NCBI GenBank assembly: GCA_902526005.1
Contig: CABZIW010000001.1
Location: 196,511-260,510 of the forward strand
Direction: 5' to 3'
Source: an uncultured Pelagibacteraceae bacterium
GTDB lineage: Bacteria; Pseudomonadota; Alphaproteobacteria; Pelagibacterales; AG-422-B15
Length of the DNA stretch: 64,000 bases
This document shows, piece after piece, positions 41,020 to 51,700 of this stretch. A program made the translations under genes and the position numbers. The notes beneath the pieces are model-generated. The model did no database searches, was not told the DNA's origin, and saw only the letters and a list, made by a program, of their open reading frames with translations. Position 1 is the stretch's first letter, and each line of letters opens with the position of its first letter.

Positions 41020-41094
41020 GCGAGTGTAGCTCAGTGGTAGAGCGAAACGTTGCCAACGTTTAGGTCGAGGGTTCGACTCCCTTCACTCGCTCCA
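41020..41094 (+). tRNA. tRNA-Gly(GCC)
   Basis: Cloverleaf: acceptor GCGAGTG/CACTCGC, D arm GCTC/GAGC, anticodon stem AAACG/CGTTT with loop TTGCCAA, TTCGA T loop, encoded CCA. Confidence 0.97.
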
Positions 41095-41138
41095 AAATAA
41101 AAGAACACAATAAAAGATAGTTTGTATAAACTCATCTT

Positions 41139-42488
41139 ATGAGAGCTTCAAAACTAGGTAGATATTCATGGACAATGTTTGATTGGGCAAATCAGCCTTT
41201 TTACACATTGATTATGACGTTTGTATTTTCTGTTTACTTTACAGATGTCTTTATTGCTGGTGCAGACGGAGCTCAAAAACTAACCCTCACACAAACAATC
41301 TCAGGCTTAGCTATTGCTCTTTTAAGCCCAGTTCTTGGATCTATTACGGACATAAAAGGAAACCGAAAACTATTAATGGGAATTACGTCTGCATTGTTTG
41401 TACTTGGTATGGCGTTGCTTTGGTATTCACCTCCAGGCGCACCTGACGGTATTTGGCTCGTGATGTTTGGATTGATACTTGCTTCAGCAATGGTTGGGTT
41501 TTCAGAAGTCTTTAACAATTCAGTTTTAGCAACCATTGAAACTCCTGAGAACTCTGGTTGGTTAAGTGGTATGGGTTATGGGGTTGGTTACATCGCAGGT
41601 CTTATCGCATTAATTTTATTTTTAATAATATTTGTTTGGCCTGGAGGTGAAGCCGAAAATCTGTACGGTTTGAATACAAATGAATATGAACATATAAGAA
41701 TTGTAGGACCGCTATGCGCAATATGGTATGCGGTATTTATTGTTCCTTTATTTTTATTTACTCCAGATCTAAAAAAAAATGATGTTACTGTTTTCAATTC
41801 GGTAAAGATTGGACTTACAAATTTTATCAATACTTTTAAAGATGCTAGAAAGTATAAAAACATATTTACGTTCTTAATAACAAGAATGTTTTATCAAGAC
41901 GCCCTTAACGCTTTGTTTGTAGTTGGTGGTGTTTATGCAAGTCTCGTCGTTGGGATGTCACTCACTCAAGTCTTAATACTTGGAATTATTTTAAATATCT
42001 TGTCAGGACCAAGTTCAATTTATGGAGGCTATTTAAATGATCTAATTGGTTCTAAAAATGTAATAAATCTATCACTTTGGGGTTTATTAGTTTCAGGACT
42101 TTTAGGGTTATCAATTGATAAGGATACAATATTTTATTTTTTTACTGTCAATGAATATTCAGCTGGTGTTGAGGAATTTACATTTGGAATATTTAATTCT
42201 GTAAGTCAAGTTACATATATTTGTGTTGTCATTGGCATTTCAATTTTTTATGGCCCTGCTCAAACAGCATCACGAGCATTAATGGTTAAGCTTTCACCTC
42301 AAGAAAAGATGACAGAATTTTTTGGCCTTTACGCCTTTGCCGGAAAGTCAACAGCTTGGCTTGTCCCAGGACTCATGTCACTAATACTCGCTTTCACTGA
42401 TAGTCTTCAATATGCAATGATTTCTATAGTTCTATTTAATTTAATTGGTATTATAGGAATGTATTTTGTTTCAGAAAATGATCAGTAA
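41139..42488 (+). CDS. MFS transporter, UMF1/Atg22-like
   Basis: SWTMFDWANQPF, SPVLGSITD, SG.GYG.GY, SRALM, EFFGLYA..GK; about 12 TM segments. Confidence 0.88.
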   Translation: MRASKLGRYSWTMFDWANQPFYTLIMTFVFSVYFTDVFIAGADGAQKLTLTQTISGLAIALLSPVLGSITDIKGNRKLLMGITSALFVLGMALLWYSPPGAPDGIWLVMFGLILASAMVGFSEVFNNSVLATIETPENSGWLSGMGYGVGYIAGLIALILFLIIFVWPGGEAENLYGLNTNEYEHIRIVGPLCAIWYAVFIVPLFLFTPDLKKNDVTVFNSVKIGLTNFINTFKDARKYKNIFTFLITRMFYQDALNALFVVGGVYASLVVGMSLTQVLILGIILNILSGPSSIYGGYLNDLIGSKNVINLSLWGLLVSGLLGLSIDKDTIFYFFTVNEYSAGVEEFTFGIFNSVSQVTYICVVIGISIFYGPAQTASRALMVKLSPQEKMTEFFGLYAFAGKSTAWLVPGLMSLILAFTDSLQYAMISIVLFNLIGIIGMYFVSENDQ

Positions 42489-42972
42489 GTATCTTCAATT
42501 AGTTTCTTCAACTAAATCCCAAATTACAATTTTCATACTACTTAATATATGTGGACTTATATTTTTTCTTCTTCCACATAATATCTTTTCAAACATGCTC
42601 GATCTTGAACTTTTTTACAATAAAGAAAATGCTATTGAAAATTTCAGCACAATGGGTCCTGATGGTCGAAGTATTTACGTCTTATCTTCACTTCTCCTAG
42701 ATACTGTGTATCCAATTTTATACTTATCGTTATTTCTCGGTGCTTACTCTAAGTTATTTAGAAGTTCTAAAGCTATTCTGCTGGTTCCAATTACAGCCTT
42801 TAGTTTTGATATTTTAGAGAATCTACAAATTACAAGATTGAATTTAAATTTTCCAAACATTGACGAAACTCATGTCTATTTATCTAGCATGACCACATCA
42901 TTAAAGTGGATTGCTATTGCAATTACTGTTTCAGTTTTAATGTATGGAATTATTAAGAGGCGTAAAAAATAA
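42478..42972 (+). CDS. Hypothetical membrane protein
   Basis: About 4 TM segments; LDTVYP..Y and FDILEN..I motifs; overlaps MFS stop. Confidence 0.75.
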   Translation: MISKYLQLVSSTKSQITIFILLNICGLIFFLLPHNIFSNMLDLELFYNKENAIENFSTMGPDGRSIYVLSSLLLDTVYPILYLSLFLGAYSKLFRSSKAILLVPITAFSFDILENLQITRLNLNFPNIDETHVYLSSMTTSLKWIAIAITVSVLMYGIIKRRKK

Positions 42973-42977
42973 ATTTA

Positions 42978-44543
42978 TCAGTGTCTAAAATGTCTCTTGC
43001 CCGTGAAAACCATCGATATACCAGCTTCATTTGCAGCAGTGATTACTTCGTCATCTTTTACTGACCCACCGGGTTGAATTACCGCCTTGGCTCCAGAAGA
43101 AATTGTAACTAGCAGGCCATCTGCGAATGGAAAGAATGCATCAGATGCGACCACTGAATTTTCGAGAGAGTTTTCATCAGATTTTTCCATTTCACTATTT
43201 TTTTGTGAGGCAATTTTAGCACTATCTACTCTACTCATTTGTCCTGCACCGATACCAATTGTTTTTTTATTTTTGACATAAATGATTGCATTTGATTTTA
43301 CATGTTTGCAAACTTTAAATGCGAACAACATATCATCAATTTCATCATCACTTGGTTTTTTTGCTGTAACTACTTTCAGATCTGATTTTGTCGTATTAGC
43401 TTCATCATTTGACTGAACCAGGATCCCTCCTTCAATACTTTTGTAGTTATGCGTATTATTTTTTTTCTTCAAAGACGACACAGTTAAAACTCGCAAATTA
43501 TTTTTTGATTTAAATATTTCTATTGCTTCATCACTAATATCTGGTGCTATAATTACCTCAGTAAATATTTTTATAATTTCAGAGGCTGTCTCTTTATCGA
43601 TTGTTTGGTTAAGTGCAATGATACCCCCAAATGCACTGGTCGTATCACATGAAAATGCTTTCATATACGCTTCACAAAGTGAAGTTCCACTAGCAACACC
43701 ACAAGGATTTGCATGTTTAATAATTGCAACACTGGGAGTGTCTTTATCAAATTCTTTTATTAATTGTAATGCTGCGTCAGCATCATTAATATTGTTATAA
43801 CTCAATTCTTTGCCTTGAAGTAATTTTGCATGTGGTATCCCTGATTGCTGCATGGATGACTTATAGAGACTTGCTGACTGATGAGGGTTTTCACCGTAGC
43901 GAAGTGTAGAAGATAATTCTGCAGCTGTTGAAAACTTATTAATAGGTTCGTTTGAATTTCTGTAAAACCAATTGCTGATTAAAGAATCGTAGTAAGCAGT
44001 GGTTGAAAATGTTTTTGCAGCAAGTGCCTTTCTGAATTCCAAAGTTGTTGAACCATAGTTTTGATTGATCTCATTAATTAGCTCATCGTAATCTTTAATA
44101 TCAGTAACTACTGTTACAAATTGATGGTTTTTAGCGGCTGATCGCAACATTGCCGGACCACCAATATCAATATTTTCGATGCAAATTTCTTCATTTTCCT
44201 CTGATTTTATCGTTTCTTCAAAGGGGTAAAGATTTACAATTATTAAGTCAATATCTTCTATGCCATGTTCCTCTTGAGACTGCACATGGTTTTTGTCATC
44301 TCTTTTTGAGAGCAAACCCCCGTGTACATTTGGATGTAAAGTTTTAACTCGTCCGTCCATCATTTCTGGAAAATTGGTTAAAGATGATACATCCGTCACA
44401 TCAACATCCATTTCTGCAATTGCTTTTGCGGTACCACCCGTTGAAACTATTTTAACCTTATGTTCTTTGAGCGATTGAACTACTTTTTCTAATCCTGATT
44501 TATCTGAAACAGATATCAGCGCGGTTTTAATTTTTATATCCAA
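42978..44543 (-). CDS. purH: Bifunctional AICAR transformylase/IMP cyclohydrolase
   Basis: ALISVSDK, GRVKTLHP, IDIGGP, LRYGENPHQ, KHANPCG, RHFRH. Confidence 0.99.
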   Translation of the reverse strand: MDIKIKTALISVSDKSGLEKVVQSLKEHKVKIVSTGGTAKAIAEMDVDVTDVSSLTNFPEMMDGRVKTLHPNVHGGLLSKRDDKNHVQSQEEHGIEDIDLIIVNLYPFEETIKSEENEEICIENIDIGGPAMLRSAAKNHQFVTVVTDIKDYDELINEINQNYGSTTLEFRKALAAKTFSTTAYYDSLISNWFYRNSNEPINKFSTAAELSSTLRYGENPHQSASLYKSSMQQSGIPHAKLLQGKELSYNNINDADAALQLIKEFDKDTPSVAIIKHANPCGVASGTSLCEAYMKAFSCDTTSAFGGIIALNQTIDKETASEIIKIFTEVIIAPDISDEAIEIFKSKNNLRVLTVSSLKKKNNTHNYKSIEGGILVQSNDEANTTKSDLKVVTAKKPSDDEIDDMLFAFKVCKHVKSNAIIYVKNKKTIGIGAGQMSRVDSAKIASQKNSEMEKSDENSLENSVVASDAFFPFADGLLVTISSGAKAVIQPGGSVKDDEVITAANEAGISMVFTGKRHFRH

Positions 44544-44544
44544 C

Positions 44545-45201
44545 TTAATGGCCCCTTAGTTTTTCAATGTTATTTGCATATTCACTTGGGCCACCTTTAA
44601 AGGTTGTGGTGCCTGCAACAATCATATCGGCTCCAGCATCAATTACTGATTGAACATTTTCAAAATTAATTCCCCCATCAACTTCTAAATGAATTTCTCT
44701 ACCAGACCTATTAATTTCTTCTCTAAGGTTTGATAATTTATCAAGAGCCGTTGGAATAAATTTCTGACCACCAAAACCTGGGTGAACGCTCATTACTAAA
44801 ATGAGATCAAGTTTATCCATAAAGGGTTTCACCGCTTCCCATTCAGTATCTGGGTTGATTGCAAGTCCAGCCTTTGCATTTAACGATTTAATTTTATTCA
44901 AACATGCCTCTGTGTCATCATTTGCCTCGGGATGAACTGAAACAATATCAGCTCCAGCTTCAACAAACTTCTCAATATAAGGCTGTACAGGATCGATCAT
45001 CAAATGAACATCAAATGGTAATGAAGATTTATCTCTTATTGATTTAACCACATCTGGTCCTATTGTGAGATTGGGAACAAAGTGTCCATCCATTACATCT
45101 ACGTGTATGTAGTCTGCTCCGGCTTGAGTGATATTAACGACCTCATCCCCTAATGATGAAAAGTCTGATGCTAGTATAGAAGGTGATATTTTAACCGACA
45201 T
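44545..45201 (-). CDS. rpe: Ribulose-phosphate 3-epimerase
   Basis: SPSILASDF, HVDVMDGHFVPN, DVHLM, MSVHPGFGGQ, VDGG. Confidence 0.98.
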   Translation of the reverse strand: MSVKISPSILASDFSSLGDEVVNITQAGADYIHVDVMDGHFVPNLTIGPDVVKSIRDKSSLPFDVHLMIDPVQPYIEKFVEAGADIVSVHPEANDDTEACLNKIKSLNAKAGLAINPDTEWEAVKPFMDKLDLILVMSVHPGFGGQKFIPTALDKLSNLREEINRSGREIHLEVDGGINFENVQSVIDAGADMIVAGTTTFKGGPSEYANNIEKLRGH

Positions 45202-45298
45202 TATTGTGAAGCATTATTTCTCTGTATAACAGAAAGGTTTGTTGTTTCCCACTGTTTTCATACTTTGATTAGCGACAAATAGAGATTACATTATATAT

Positions 45299-45454
45299 AT
45301 GAACGATAAAAAAACAGAGGCTGTCGAGAACAAAGAAGACAAGAAAACTGACACCAAATTACCTAAAAAGAAAAAAGAAATAGGTGGCGCAGATGGTCCA
45401 GAACCAACCCGTTTTGGAGACTGGGAAAAAAAAGGAATTACCTCAGATTTTTAG
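45299..45454 (+). CDS. DUF1674 / SDHAF4-like small protein (51 aa)
   Basis: Not in ORF track. Manual translation MNDKKTEAVENKEDKKTDTKLPKKKKEIGGADGPEPTRFGDWEKKGITSDF has the E.GG..GPEPTR.GDWE.KG..SDF signature. Confidence 0.92.
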   Translation: MNDKKTEAVENKEDKKTDTKLPKKKKEIGGADGPEPTRFGDWEKKGITSDF

Positions 45455-45532
45455 CTTTAATTGACTTTTATGATAGTAGGATCCCACTTATATTAATATT
45501 GCAAAATAAATTAGTTATTTTATGGATTAACT

Positions 45533-45751
45533 ATGGAAAATTCTGAAGTTATAAAAATAATTGAAAATCTTAAAGGACGAAGGCCTTATGAAGAAAAGAG
45601 AGCAGCAAAATTAGGATTTGCTTCTCTTCATGAATATATCGAAGATAAGATTCACAAAAAACAATTAGCTGAAAAAAAACTTGAAGAAACCCAATGTGAA
45701 ACTTTAAAAGTTGACAGTCAATCTAAGAACAAAAGTTGTGGTTGCTGTTAA
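45533..45751 (+). CDS. Hypothetical small protein with C-terminal CGCC
   Basis: 72 aa, charged helical body, ends KSCGCC; GGA SD-like sequence upstream. Confidence 0.7.
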   Translation: MENSEVIKIIENLKGRRPYEEKRAAKLGFASLHEYIEDKIHKKQLAEKKLEETQCETLKVDSQSKNKSCGCC

Positions 45752-45773
45752 ATCGATACCTATTGATTTGTAA

Positions 45774-46190
45774 TCAAAGTTCATGATCAAATTTAGATGG
45801 CTTCCAATCTTTTGGTGCCAGTTCTAAATCTTCAAACTCAAAAGCGGGTGCGACCGTGCATCCAATTAAGCTATACGCTCCAGTAGATTTTAAAGCAAAC
45901 CAAGTTTCTTTTTCTACAGTGTACATAAAATTATTATTAGATCCTATCTGATCAATTTGAAATTCAACACCATCTTTTGAAGTGTATATGTTTAAAGGAC
46001 TGCCTGAATAAAAATGTAACGTTTCAGTTTTTGTTATTCTGTGCCAGTGGGAATTCTCATGTTCTTCAAGTAAGAAATATATATGAGTGACATCCTTATT
46101 CCTAAAAATCTCAACGTAATGACCTCCCTCAGGATGTGGGGTCATTTTGTGATCTTCGATTAAAGCTTTAACGGTACTTTTATCACTCAC
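45774..46190 (-). CDS. Cupin, DUF985 family
   Basis: PHPEGGHY.E, IYFLL, SHWHR, HFYSGSPL, GCTVAPAFEF. Confidence 0.9.
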   Translation of the reverse strand: MSDKSTVKALIEDHKMTPHPEGGHYVEIFRNKDVTHIYFLLEEHENSHWHRITKTETLHFYSGSPLNIYTSKDGVEFQIDQIGSNNNFMYTVEKETWFALKSTGAYSLIGCTVAPAFEFEDLELAPKDWKPSKFDHEL

Positions 46191-46196
46191 AAGAAA

Positions 46197-48137
46197 CTAC
46201 TTGTTCATTCGATTTTCAACAAGATCATTAACCACAGCCGGTTCTGCTAATGTAGATGTATCACCTAAATTACTGTAATCGTTTTCAGCAATCTTTCTTA
46301 AAATTCTTCTCATAATTTTTCCTGATCGAGTTTTTGGAAGACCTGGTGCCCATTGAATTAAATCTGGTGATGCGATCGGACCAATTTCTTTACGAACCCA
46401 TGCAACAAGTTCTTTATATAATTCGTCTGATGTTTCTTCACCTGCATTGAGCGTAACGTATGCATAGATACCTTGGCCTTTTATATCGTGCGGGTAACCA
46501 ACAACTGCTGCCTCACTAACTTTTGGATGAGCAACGAGAGCTGACTCAACCTCTGCTGTTCCCATTCTGTGACCGGATACATTTATTACATCATCCACTC
46601 TTCCAGTGATCCAGTAATAACCGTCTTCATCTCTCCTGCAGCCATCGCCCGTAAAATATTTTCCATCAAATTGAGAAAAATAGGTTTCAATAAATCTTTT
46701 ATGATCTCCGTAAACTGTTCTCATTTGTCCTGGCCAAGAGTCTGCTAAACAAAGAGAACCCTCGCAAGCACCTTCAAGAATTTTTCCTTCAGCGTCTAAA
46801 ATTTCAGGTTTGACTCCAAAGAAAGGTTTTGTTGCTGAACCTGGTTTTTGAGCAATCGCGCCAGGCAGAGGTGTAATTAAAATTCCTCCTGTTTCTGTTT
46901 GCCACCACGTATCGACGATCGGACACTTTTTGTCCCCAACGACATTATAATACCACATCCATGCTTCTGGATTAATCGGCTCTCCAACAGTACCAAGTAA
47001 TTTAAGTGATGACCTACTTGTTTTTTTAACAGGATCTTCACCTTCCCGCATTAATGCCCTTATTGCAGTTGGCGCAGTATAAAAAATGTTAATTTTGTGT
47101 TTATCGACCACTTCCCAAAATCTAGAGGCACTAGGATAGTTTGGGACACCTTCAAACATGACAGTGACGGCACCATTTGCTAACGGGCCATATACAATGT
47201 AACTGTGCCCTGTGACCCAACCAACATCTGCGGTGCACCAATAAACGTCACCATCTTTATAATCAAAGACATATTGATGTGTCATCGAGGCGTAAACCAT
47301 ATAACCACCAGTGGTGTGCATAACTCCTTTTGGTTTGCCAGTTGATCCAGATGTATACAATATAAAGAGAGGATCTTCTGCTGACATTTCTTCTGGCGGA
47401 CAATCACCAGATTCTTTTTCGGTTAATTCTTGATACCACACATCTCTATCATCAACCCAACCAATATCACCGCCAGTTCTTTTAACTACAATACAATGTC
47501 GTACGCCACCTGAAATTGAAATGGCTTCATCTGTATTTTTCTTTAATGGAATTGCCTTGCCACCTCTTACGCCTTCATCCGCAGTGATCACAATATCAGA
47601 TTTACAATCACTTATTCTTCCAGCTAAAGAGTCTGGAGAAAAGCCTCCAAATACGACAGAGTGAATTGCGCCAATCCTTGTACAAGCAAGCATCGCATAA
47701 GCCGCTTCAGGAATCATTGGCATATAAATAGTTACACGGTCACCTTTTTTAACACCAAGAGATTTCATGCCGTTAGCAAGTTTTGATACTTCACTGTGTA
47801 ACTCTTTATAAGTAATGTGTTTTGAATCTGCTGGATCATCGCCTTCCCAGATGATTGCAGTTTGATCTGCTTTATCTTTTAAATGTCTATCAATACAGTT
47901 GCTTGATGCGTTAAGTGTGCCGTCGTAATACCACTTGATTGAAAAATTATCTTTATTGTAAGAAACGTCTTTTACATTTGTATATGGTTTAATCCAATCA
48001 ATTCTTTTACCGTGTTCACTCCAAAACTCTTCATTGTTATTGAGAGAATTATCATACCATTTATTATATTTGTCGTTATTAATTTGAGCTTCTGTAGACC
48101 ATTCACTGCTTACTTCAAACTTTTCATTTTCACTCAT
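46197..48137 (-). CDS. acs: Acetyl-CoA synthetase
   Basis: [44 protein letters not shown]. Confidence 0.98.
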   Translation of the reverse strand: MSENEKFEVSSEWSTEAQINNDKYNKWYDNSLNNNEEFWSEHGKRIDWIKPYTNVKDVSYNKDNFSIKWYYDGTLNASSNCIDRHLKDKADQTAIIWEGDDPADSKHITYKELHSEVSKLANGMKSLGVKKGDRVTIYMPMIPEAAYAMLACTRIGAIHSVVFGGFSPDSLAGRISDCKSDIVITADEGVRGGKAIPLKKNTDEAISISGGVRHCIVVKRTGGDIGWVDDRDVWYQELTEKESGDCPPEEMSAEDPLFILYTSGSTGKPKGVMHTTGGYMVYASMTHQYVFDYKDGDVYWCTADVGWVTGHSYIVYGPLANGAVTVMFEGVPNYPSASRFWEVVDKHKINIFYTAPTAIRALMREGEDPVKKTSRSSLKLLGTVGEPINPEAWMWYYNVVGDKKCPIVDTWWQTETGGILITPLPGAIAQKPGSATKPFFGVKPEILDAEGKILEGACEGSLCLADSWPGQMRTVYGDHKRFIETYFSQFDGKYFTGDGCRRDEDGYYWITGRVDDVINVSGHRMGTAEVESALVAHPKVSEAAVVGYPHDIKGQGIYAYVTLNAGEETSDELYKELVAWVRKEIGPIASPDLIQWAPGLPKTRSGKIMRRILRKIAENDYSNLGDTSTLAEPAVVNDLVENRMNK

Positions 48138-48149
48138 AAGGAAATTATC

Positions 48150-48566
48150 TTATTTGATACCACCGAGATTGCAAATAATTGTCCATGACTTTTTATCGAT
48201 TGGCATTACCGAGAGACGCGACTGTTTGACCAAGGCTAGGTGATTGAGTTTTGGATGATCCTTTATCTGAGCGAGGTTAACTTTAATTTTAAGGGTTTTT
48301 ACAGCCGCTACAGATACCATTCCAAAGCGTTTAGTTTTATCTGTAGGATCAGGATGATATTTCTTAACGACTTTTACTATACCAACAATATCTCTTTCTT
48401 TGACCGAGTGATAAAAAAAACAAAGATCTCCTTTTTCCATTTTTTTCATATTGTTGGATGCTTGGTAGTTTCTTACGCCATCCCAACCTTCACCTTTGCT
48501 TCCAGCTTTTACTTGCTGTTCCCAAGACCATGTTTCAGGTTCTGATTTCATTAACCAGTAGTTCAT
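48150..48566 (-). CDS. EVE domain protein
   Basis: YWLMKSEP, WDGVRNYQA.N, FFYHS, RLSVMP. Confidence 0.94.
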   Translation of the reverse strand: MNYWLMKSEPETWSWEQQVKAGSKGEGWDGVRNYQASNNMKKMEKGDLCFFYHSVKERDIVGIVKVVKKYHPDPTDKTKRFGMVSVAAVKTLKIKVNLAQIKDHPKLNHLALVKQSRLSVMPIDKKSWTIICNLGGIK

Positions 48567-48567
48567 G

Positions 48568-49569
48568 TTACTCCTTTGTTATAGGTCTATTTAAAAGTTC
48601 TTGAATTGTAATATCAATATTTTTCTTTCGGTATAAAACTTTATAAATTGCATCATTGAGAGGTAAATCTAATTTTTTCTCAATTGATAGTTTCTTGAGT
48701 GCCCTGACAGTAAATACTCCCTCAGCGACTGAGAATTTTTTTTCAATAATTTGATTTAGTGTTTTCCCTTTTGCAAGATCAATTCCTAAAGAAAAATTTC
48801 TAGACTCTTTAGATGAACAAGTAAGAAATAAATCCCCCATACCAGAGAGTCCGGCAAGCGTACTTTTTTTTGCATTCATAGATTGGGCAACAATCTTAAT
48901 TTCAGCAAAACTTCTCGATATAATTGAAGCAACTGCATTTTCTCCATATTTTTTTCCAAACACTATCCCACTCGCAATAGCATAAATATTTTTCAGAGCT
49001 CCTGCTATTTGTGATCCTATAATGTCATCAGATAAGTAAGGTCTTAGTGTTGGTGACTTAATGAGTTGAGCAATTCTATTTGCTACTTGTTCATTTTTTG
49101 AGGCAACAACAGTGGCAGCTGGCAGACCTTTAGCTATCTCGGCTGCGAAATTTGGTCCTGAAATAATTGCAATTTTACTTTTTGGAAATACAGAGGTTAC
49201 AATTTCACTCGGCAATTTTAAGCTATTCATTTCAATACCTTTAGAACAGCAAACAAATATTGTTTTTGTTTCAATATTTTTTTTAAGTTTTAGTAGGTTA
49301 GTCGATAAGTATTGAACAGGTGAAACCAGGAATAAAATTTCACACTCTGCTACATCAAGAATTGACGTCGTACACTTTATTTTTTTACTTAATTTAATCT
49401 TTGGTAGATAGCGTTTGTTTTCAGATAACTTATTGATGTTATCACAAACACTTTTTTCTTTTGCCCACAAAATAACTTTCTCTTTTTTTGCGACAATATT
49501 TGCTAATGCAGTCCCCCACGCACCTCCACCAATTACACCAATTTTATATATTGTTTTATCCTTCGACAA
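48568..49569 (-). CDS. gpsA: NAD(P)H-dependent glycerol-3-phosphate dehydrogenase
   Basis: GGGAWGTALA, SKGIE, SGPNFA.E, GALKN, GLSGMGDL.LTC...SRN. Confidence 0.96.
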   Translation of the reverse strand: MSKDKTIYKIGVIGGGAWGTALANIVAKKEKVILWAKEKSVCDNINKLSENKRYLPKIKLSKKIKCTTSILDVAECEILFLVSPVQYLSTNLLKLKKNIETKTIFVCCSKGIEMNSLKLPSEIVTSVFPKSKIAIISGPNFAAEIAKGLPAATVVASKNEQVANRIAQLIKSPTLRPYLSDDIIGSQIAGALKNIYAIASGIVFGKKYGENAVASIISRSFAEIKIVAQSMNAKKSTLAGLSGMGDLFLTCSSKESRNFSLGIDLAKGKTLNQIIEKKFSVAEGVFTVRALKKLSIEKKLDLPLNDAIYKVLYRKKNIDITIQELLNRPITKE

Positions 49570-50635
49570 CTCTTTTACCTTTCATGAATAAGGCATTTTT
49601 ATCAAGCGGCCATCTTGGTCGAGGTTTAAAATTTAACTTATTGAATTTATTTCTTTCAAATCGTTCAATTCCCGCTAGAGCAATCATTGCACCGTTATCC
49701 GTACAATACTTGATTGATGGAAATAAAAATTCACAATCTTCAATTTCTCCAAGCTCTTTAAGTGATTGACGAATACTTTTGTTGGCAGCGACACCACCCG
49801 CCACAACAACTTTCAAATCTTTTTTTGATTTAACTAATTTTCTAAACTCGTTTACTGCGTTCTGCGTTTTTTTAAAAATTATTCGATTAACAGTTTCTTG
49901 AAACGATGCCGCCATATCTCTTTTGAATTTTTCAGTACAGCGATGTTCAGCAACAATATTTGCAACAGAAGATTTTAATCCTGCAAAAGAAAAATGAGAG
50001 TTCTTTTCTTTGATCAATGGCATTGGTAGTTTGAATCGATTTTTATCACCAGAGGCTGCGTATTTCTCTATCTCAGGTCCTCCTGGATAACCTAAATTTA
50101 AAATTCGAGCAGTTTTATCAAATGCTTCACCAAGCGCATCATCTATTGTTGTGCCAATCCGCTTGTAAGAATTGAAACTTTTAATAATTGTAAATTCAGT
50201 ATGACCTCCTGAGACCAATAATAATAAATATGGAAAATTGATATCTCTTTCCAGTTTAATTGATAACGCATGACCTTCTAGATGGTTAATTGCAATAAAA
50301 GGTTTGTTTGAATAATGAGCAAGGGTTTTACCCGCAACAACACCAACCAGCAGTCCTCCAAGCAGTCCTGGTCCAGCTGTCGCTGCGATGGCATCTATTT
50401 TTTTAAGATTAAGGCCAGATTGATCAATAGCTAATTTTATTAACTTATCAATTATATCCGAATGCGCACGTGCCGCCAATTCTGGAACAACACCGCCATA
50501 ATACTTATGAATATCAATTTGAGATTTAACAATATTTGAAAGAACATTTATTTTGTTATCTCTTTTTTCAACAATCGAAACTGACGTTTCGTCACAACTT
50601 GATTCAATTCCCATCACTCTTATTGGTTTATTCAT
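49556..50635 (-). CDS. tsaD: tRNA t6A synthase subunit TsaD
   Basis: GIESSCDET, GGVVPELAARAH, HLEGH, VSGGHT, GEAFDK, TDNGAMIA. Confidence 0.98.
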   Translation of the reverse strand: MNKPIRVMGIESSCDETSVSIVEKRDNKINVLSNIVKSQIDIHKYYGGVVPELAARAHSDIIDKLIKLAIDQSGLNLKKIDAIAATAGPGLLGGLLVGVVAGKTLAHYSNKPFIAINHLEGHALSIKLERDINFPYLLLLVSGGHTEFTIIKSFNSYKRIGTTIDDALGEAFDKTARILNLGYPGGPEIEKYAASGDKNRFKLPMPLIKEKNSHFSFAGLKSSVANIVAEHRCTEKFKRDMAASFQETVNRIIFKKTQNAVNEFRKLVKSKKDLKVVVAGGVAANKSIRQSLKELGEIEDCEFLFPSIKYCTDNGAMIALAGIERFERNKFNKLNFKPRPRWPLDKNALFMKGKRVVEG

Positions 50636-50734
50636 TTTTTTTTGATACGTAATCTATTCTAAAATGCGGCAATTTCCTTGACTTATATATATAATATTCA
50701 AATGTATCATATTACAGTTTAAGAATAAGAATTT

Positions 50735-51700
50735 ATGTCAAATAAAAGAAAAATACTTGTAGGCATTAGAGATAGCAAGCTATCCAAAGCACAAACAGGT
50801 ATCTTTATAGATGAAGCTGACAAAATAGATGAAATAAGAACTCATTATAATTTTGAGATTAAAACAATAAAAACAACAGGAGATATCCATAATACTAGTC
50901 GTCTGGACCGCATGGGCGGCAAAGGCCTTTTTATTAAGGAAATTGAAAAGCAAATTATTGATCAAAAAATTGACATTGGCGTGCATTCAATGAAAGACGT
51001 GCCTGCACAAGAAATTCACAAGGATTTACAAATCGTTTGTTGGATGCAAAGACATTTTAACGATGATGCATTGTTATCAAATTCAGGAAATAAGTTTCTT
51101 GATCTACCGTCCGGATCAAAGATAGGCACAAGTTCAATACGCAGGCGTGCACAAATATTAAGGTTACGAAAAGATTTATCCGTACGGCTTTTAAGAGGCA
51201 ATGTTGATACAAGAATTAATCAGTTACGTGCTAAAAAGTATGATGCAATTATTTTAAGCCTGGCAGGACTCCAAAAATTAAATTTGGAGAATAATGTAAC
51301 AGAAGTTTTAAGTCAGGATGATTTCTCACCCGCAGCATGCCAAGGTGTAGTAGGAATACAGGCTCATAAAGAAAATATTTTTGCAAATTTGTTTAAAAAA
51401 ATAAACGATTTAAAAACTCAAACCGAATGTAAAGCAGAGAGGAGAGTATTGAAAATAATTAATGCAAATTGCAACAGTCCAATTTCTGTGGTCTCAAAAA
51501 TAATAAATGATCAAATACAAATTAAAGTACAATTGCTAAATCATACTGGTGAAACTATTTTTTTTAAAACCTATAATGATTCTGTAAATAAATATGAGCA
51601 TCTTACAGATGCAATAGGTAATGAAATTATGAGTGAAGTTGGTGAAAAACAAATTGAACAATTAAATGAATTAGAACATGATTTTGATTATACGCCATAG
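50735..51700 (+). CDS. hemC: Hydroxymethylbilane synthase
   Basis: R.S.L, GGKGLFIKE, HSMKDVP, GTSSIRR, RGNVDTR, cofactor Cys in NCNSPI. Confidence 0.95.
   Translation: MSNKRKILVGIRDSKLSKAQTGIFIDEADKIDEIRTHYNFEIKTIKTTGDIHNTSRLDRMGGKGLFIKEIEKQIIDQKIDIGVHSMKDVPAQEIHKDLQIVCWMQRHFNDDALLSNSGNKFLDLPSGSKIGTSSIRRRAQILRLRKDLSVRLLRGNVDTRINQLRAKKYDAIILSLAGLQKLNLENNVTEVLSQDDFSPAACQGVVGIQAHKENIFANLFKKINDLKTQTECKAERRVLKIINANCNSPISVVSKIINDQIQIKVQLLNHTGETIFFKTYNDSVNKYEHLTDAIGNEIMSEVGEKQIEQLNELEHDFDYTP

Noticed and set aside
41020-42977. Possible integrative element at tRNA-Gly
   Set aside because: No integrase, and I saw no duplicated tRNA 3' end (att) downstream; only two membrane genes precede purH.
45214-45261. 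15-codon upstream ORF (MKTVGNNKPFCYTEK) in frame with rpe on the minus strand
   Set aside because: No SD, no attenuator-like structure or biased codons; expected by chance, and rpe is complete from 45201.
48150-48566. EVE domain as part of a modification-dependent restriction/defence system
   Set aside because: Stand-alone EVE in its usual tsaD-gpsA housekeeping context with no nuclease partner.
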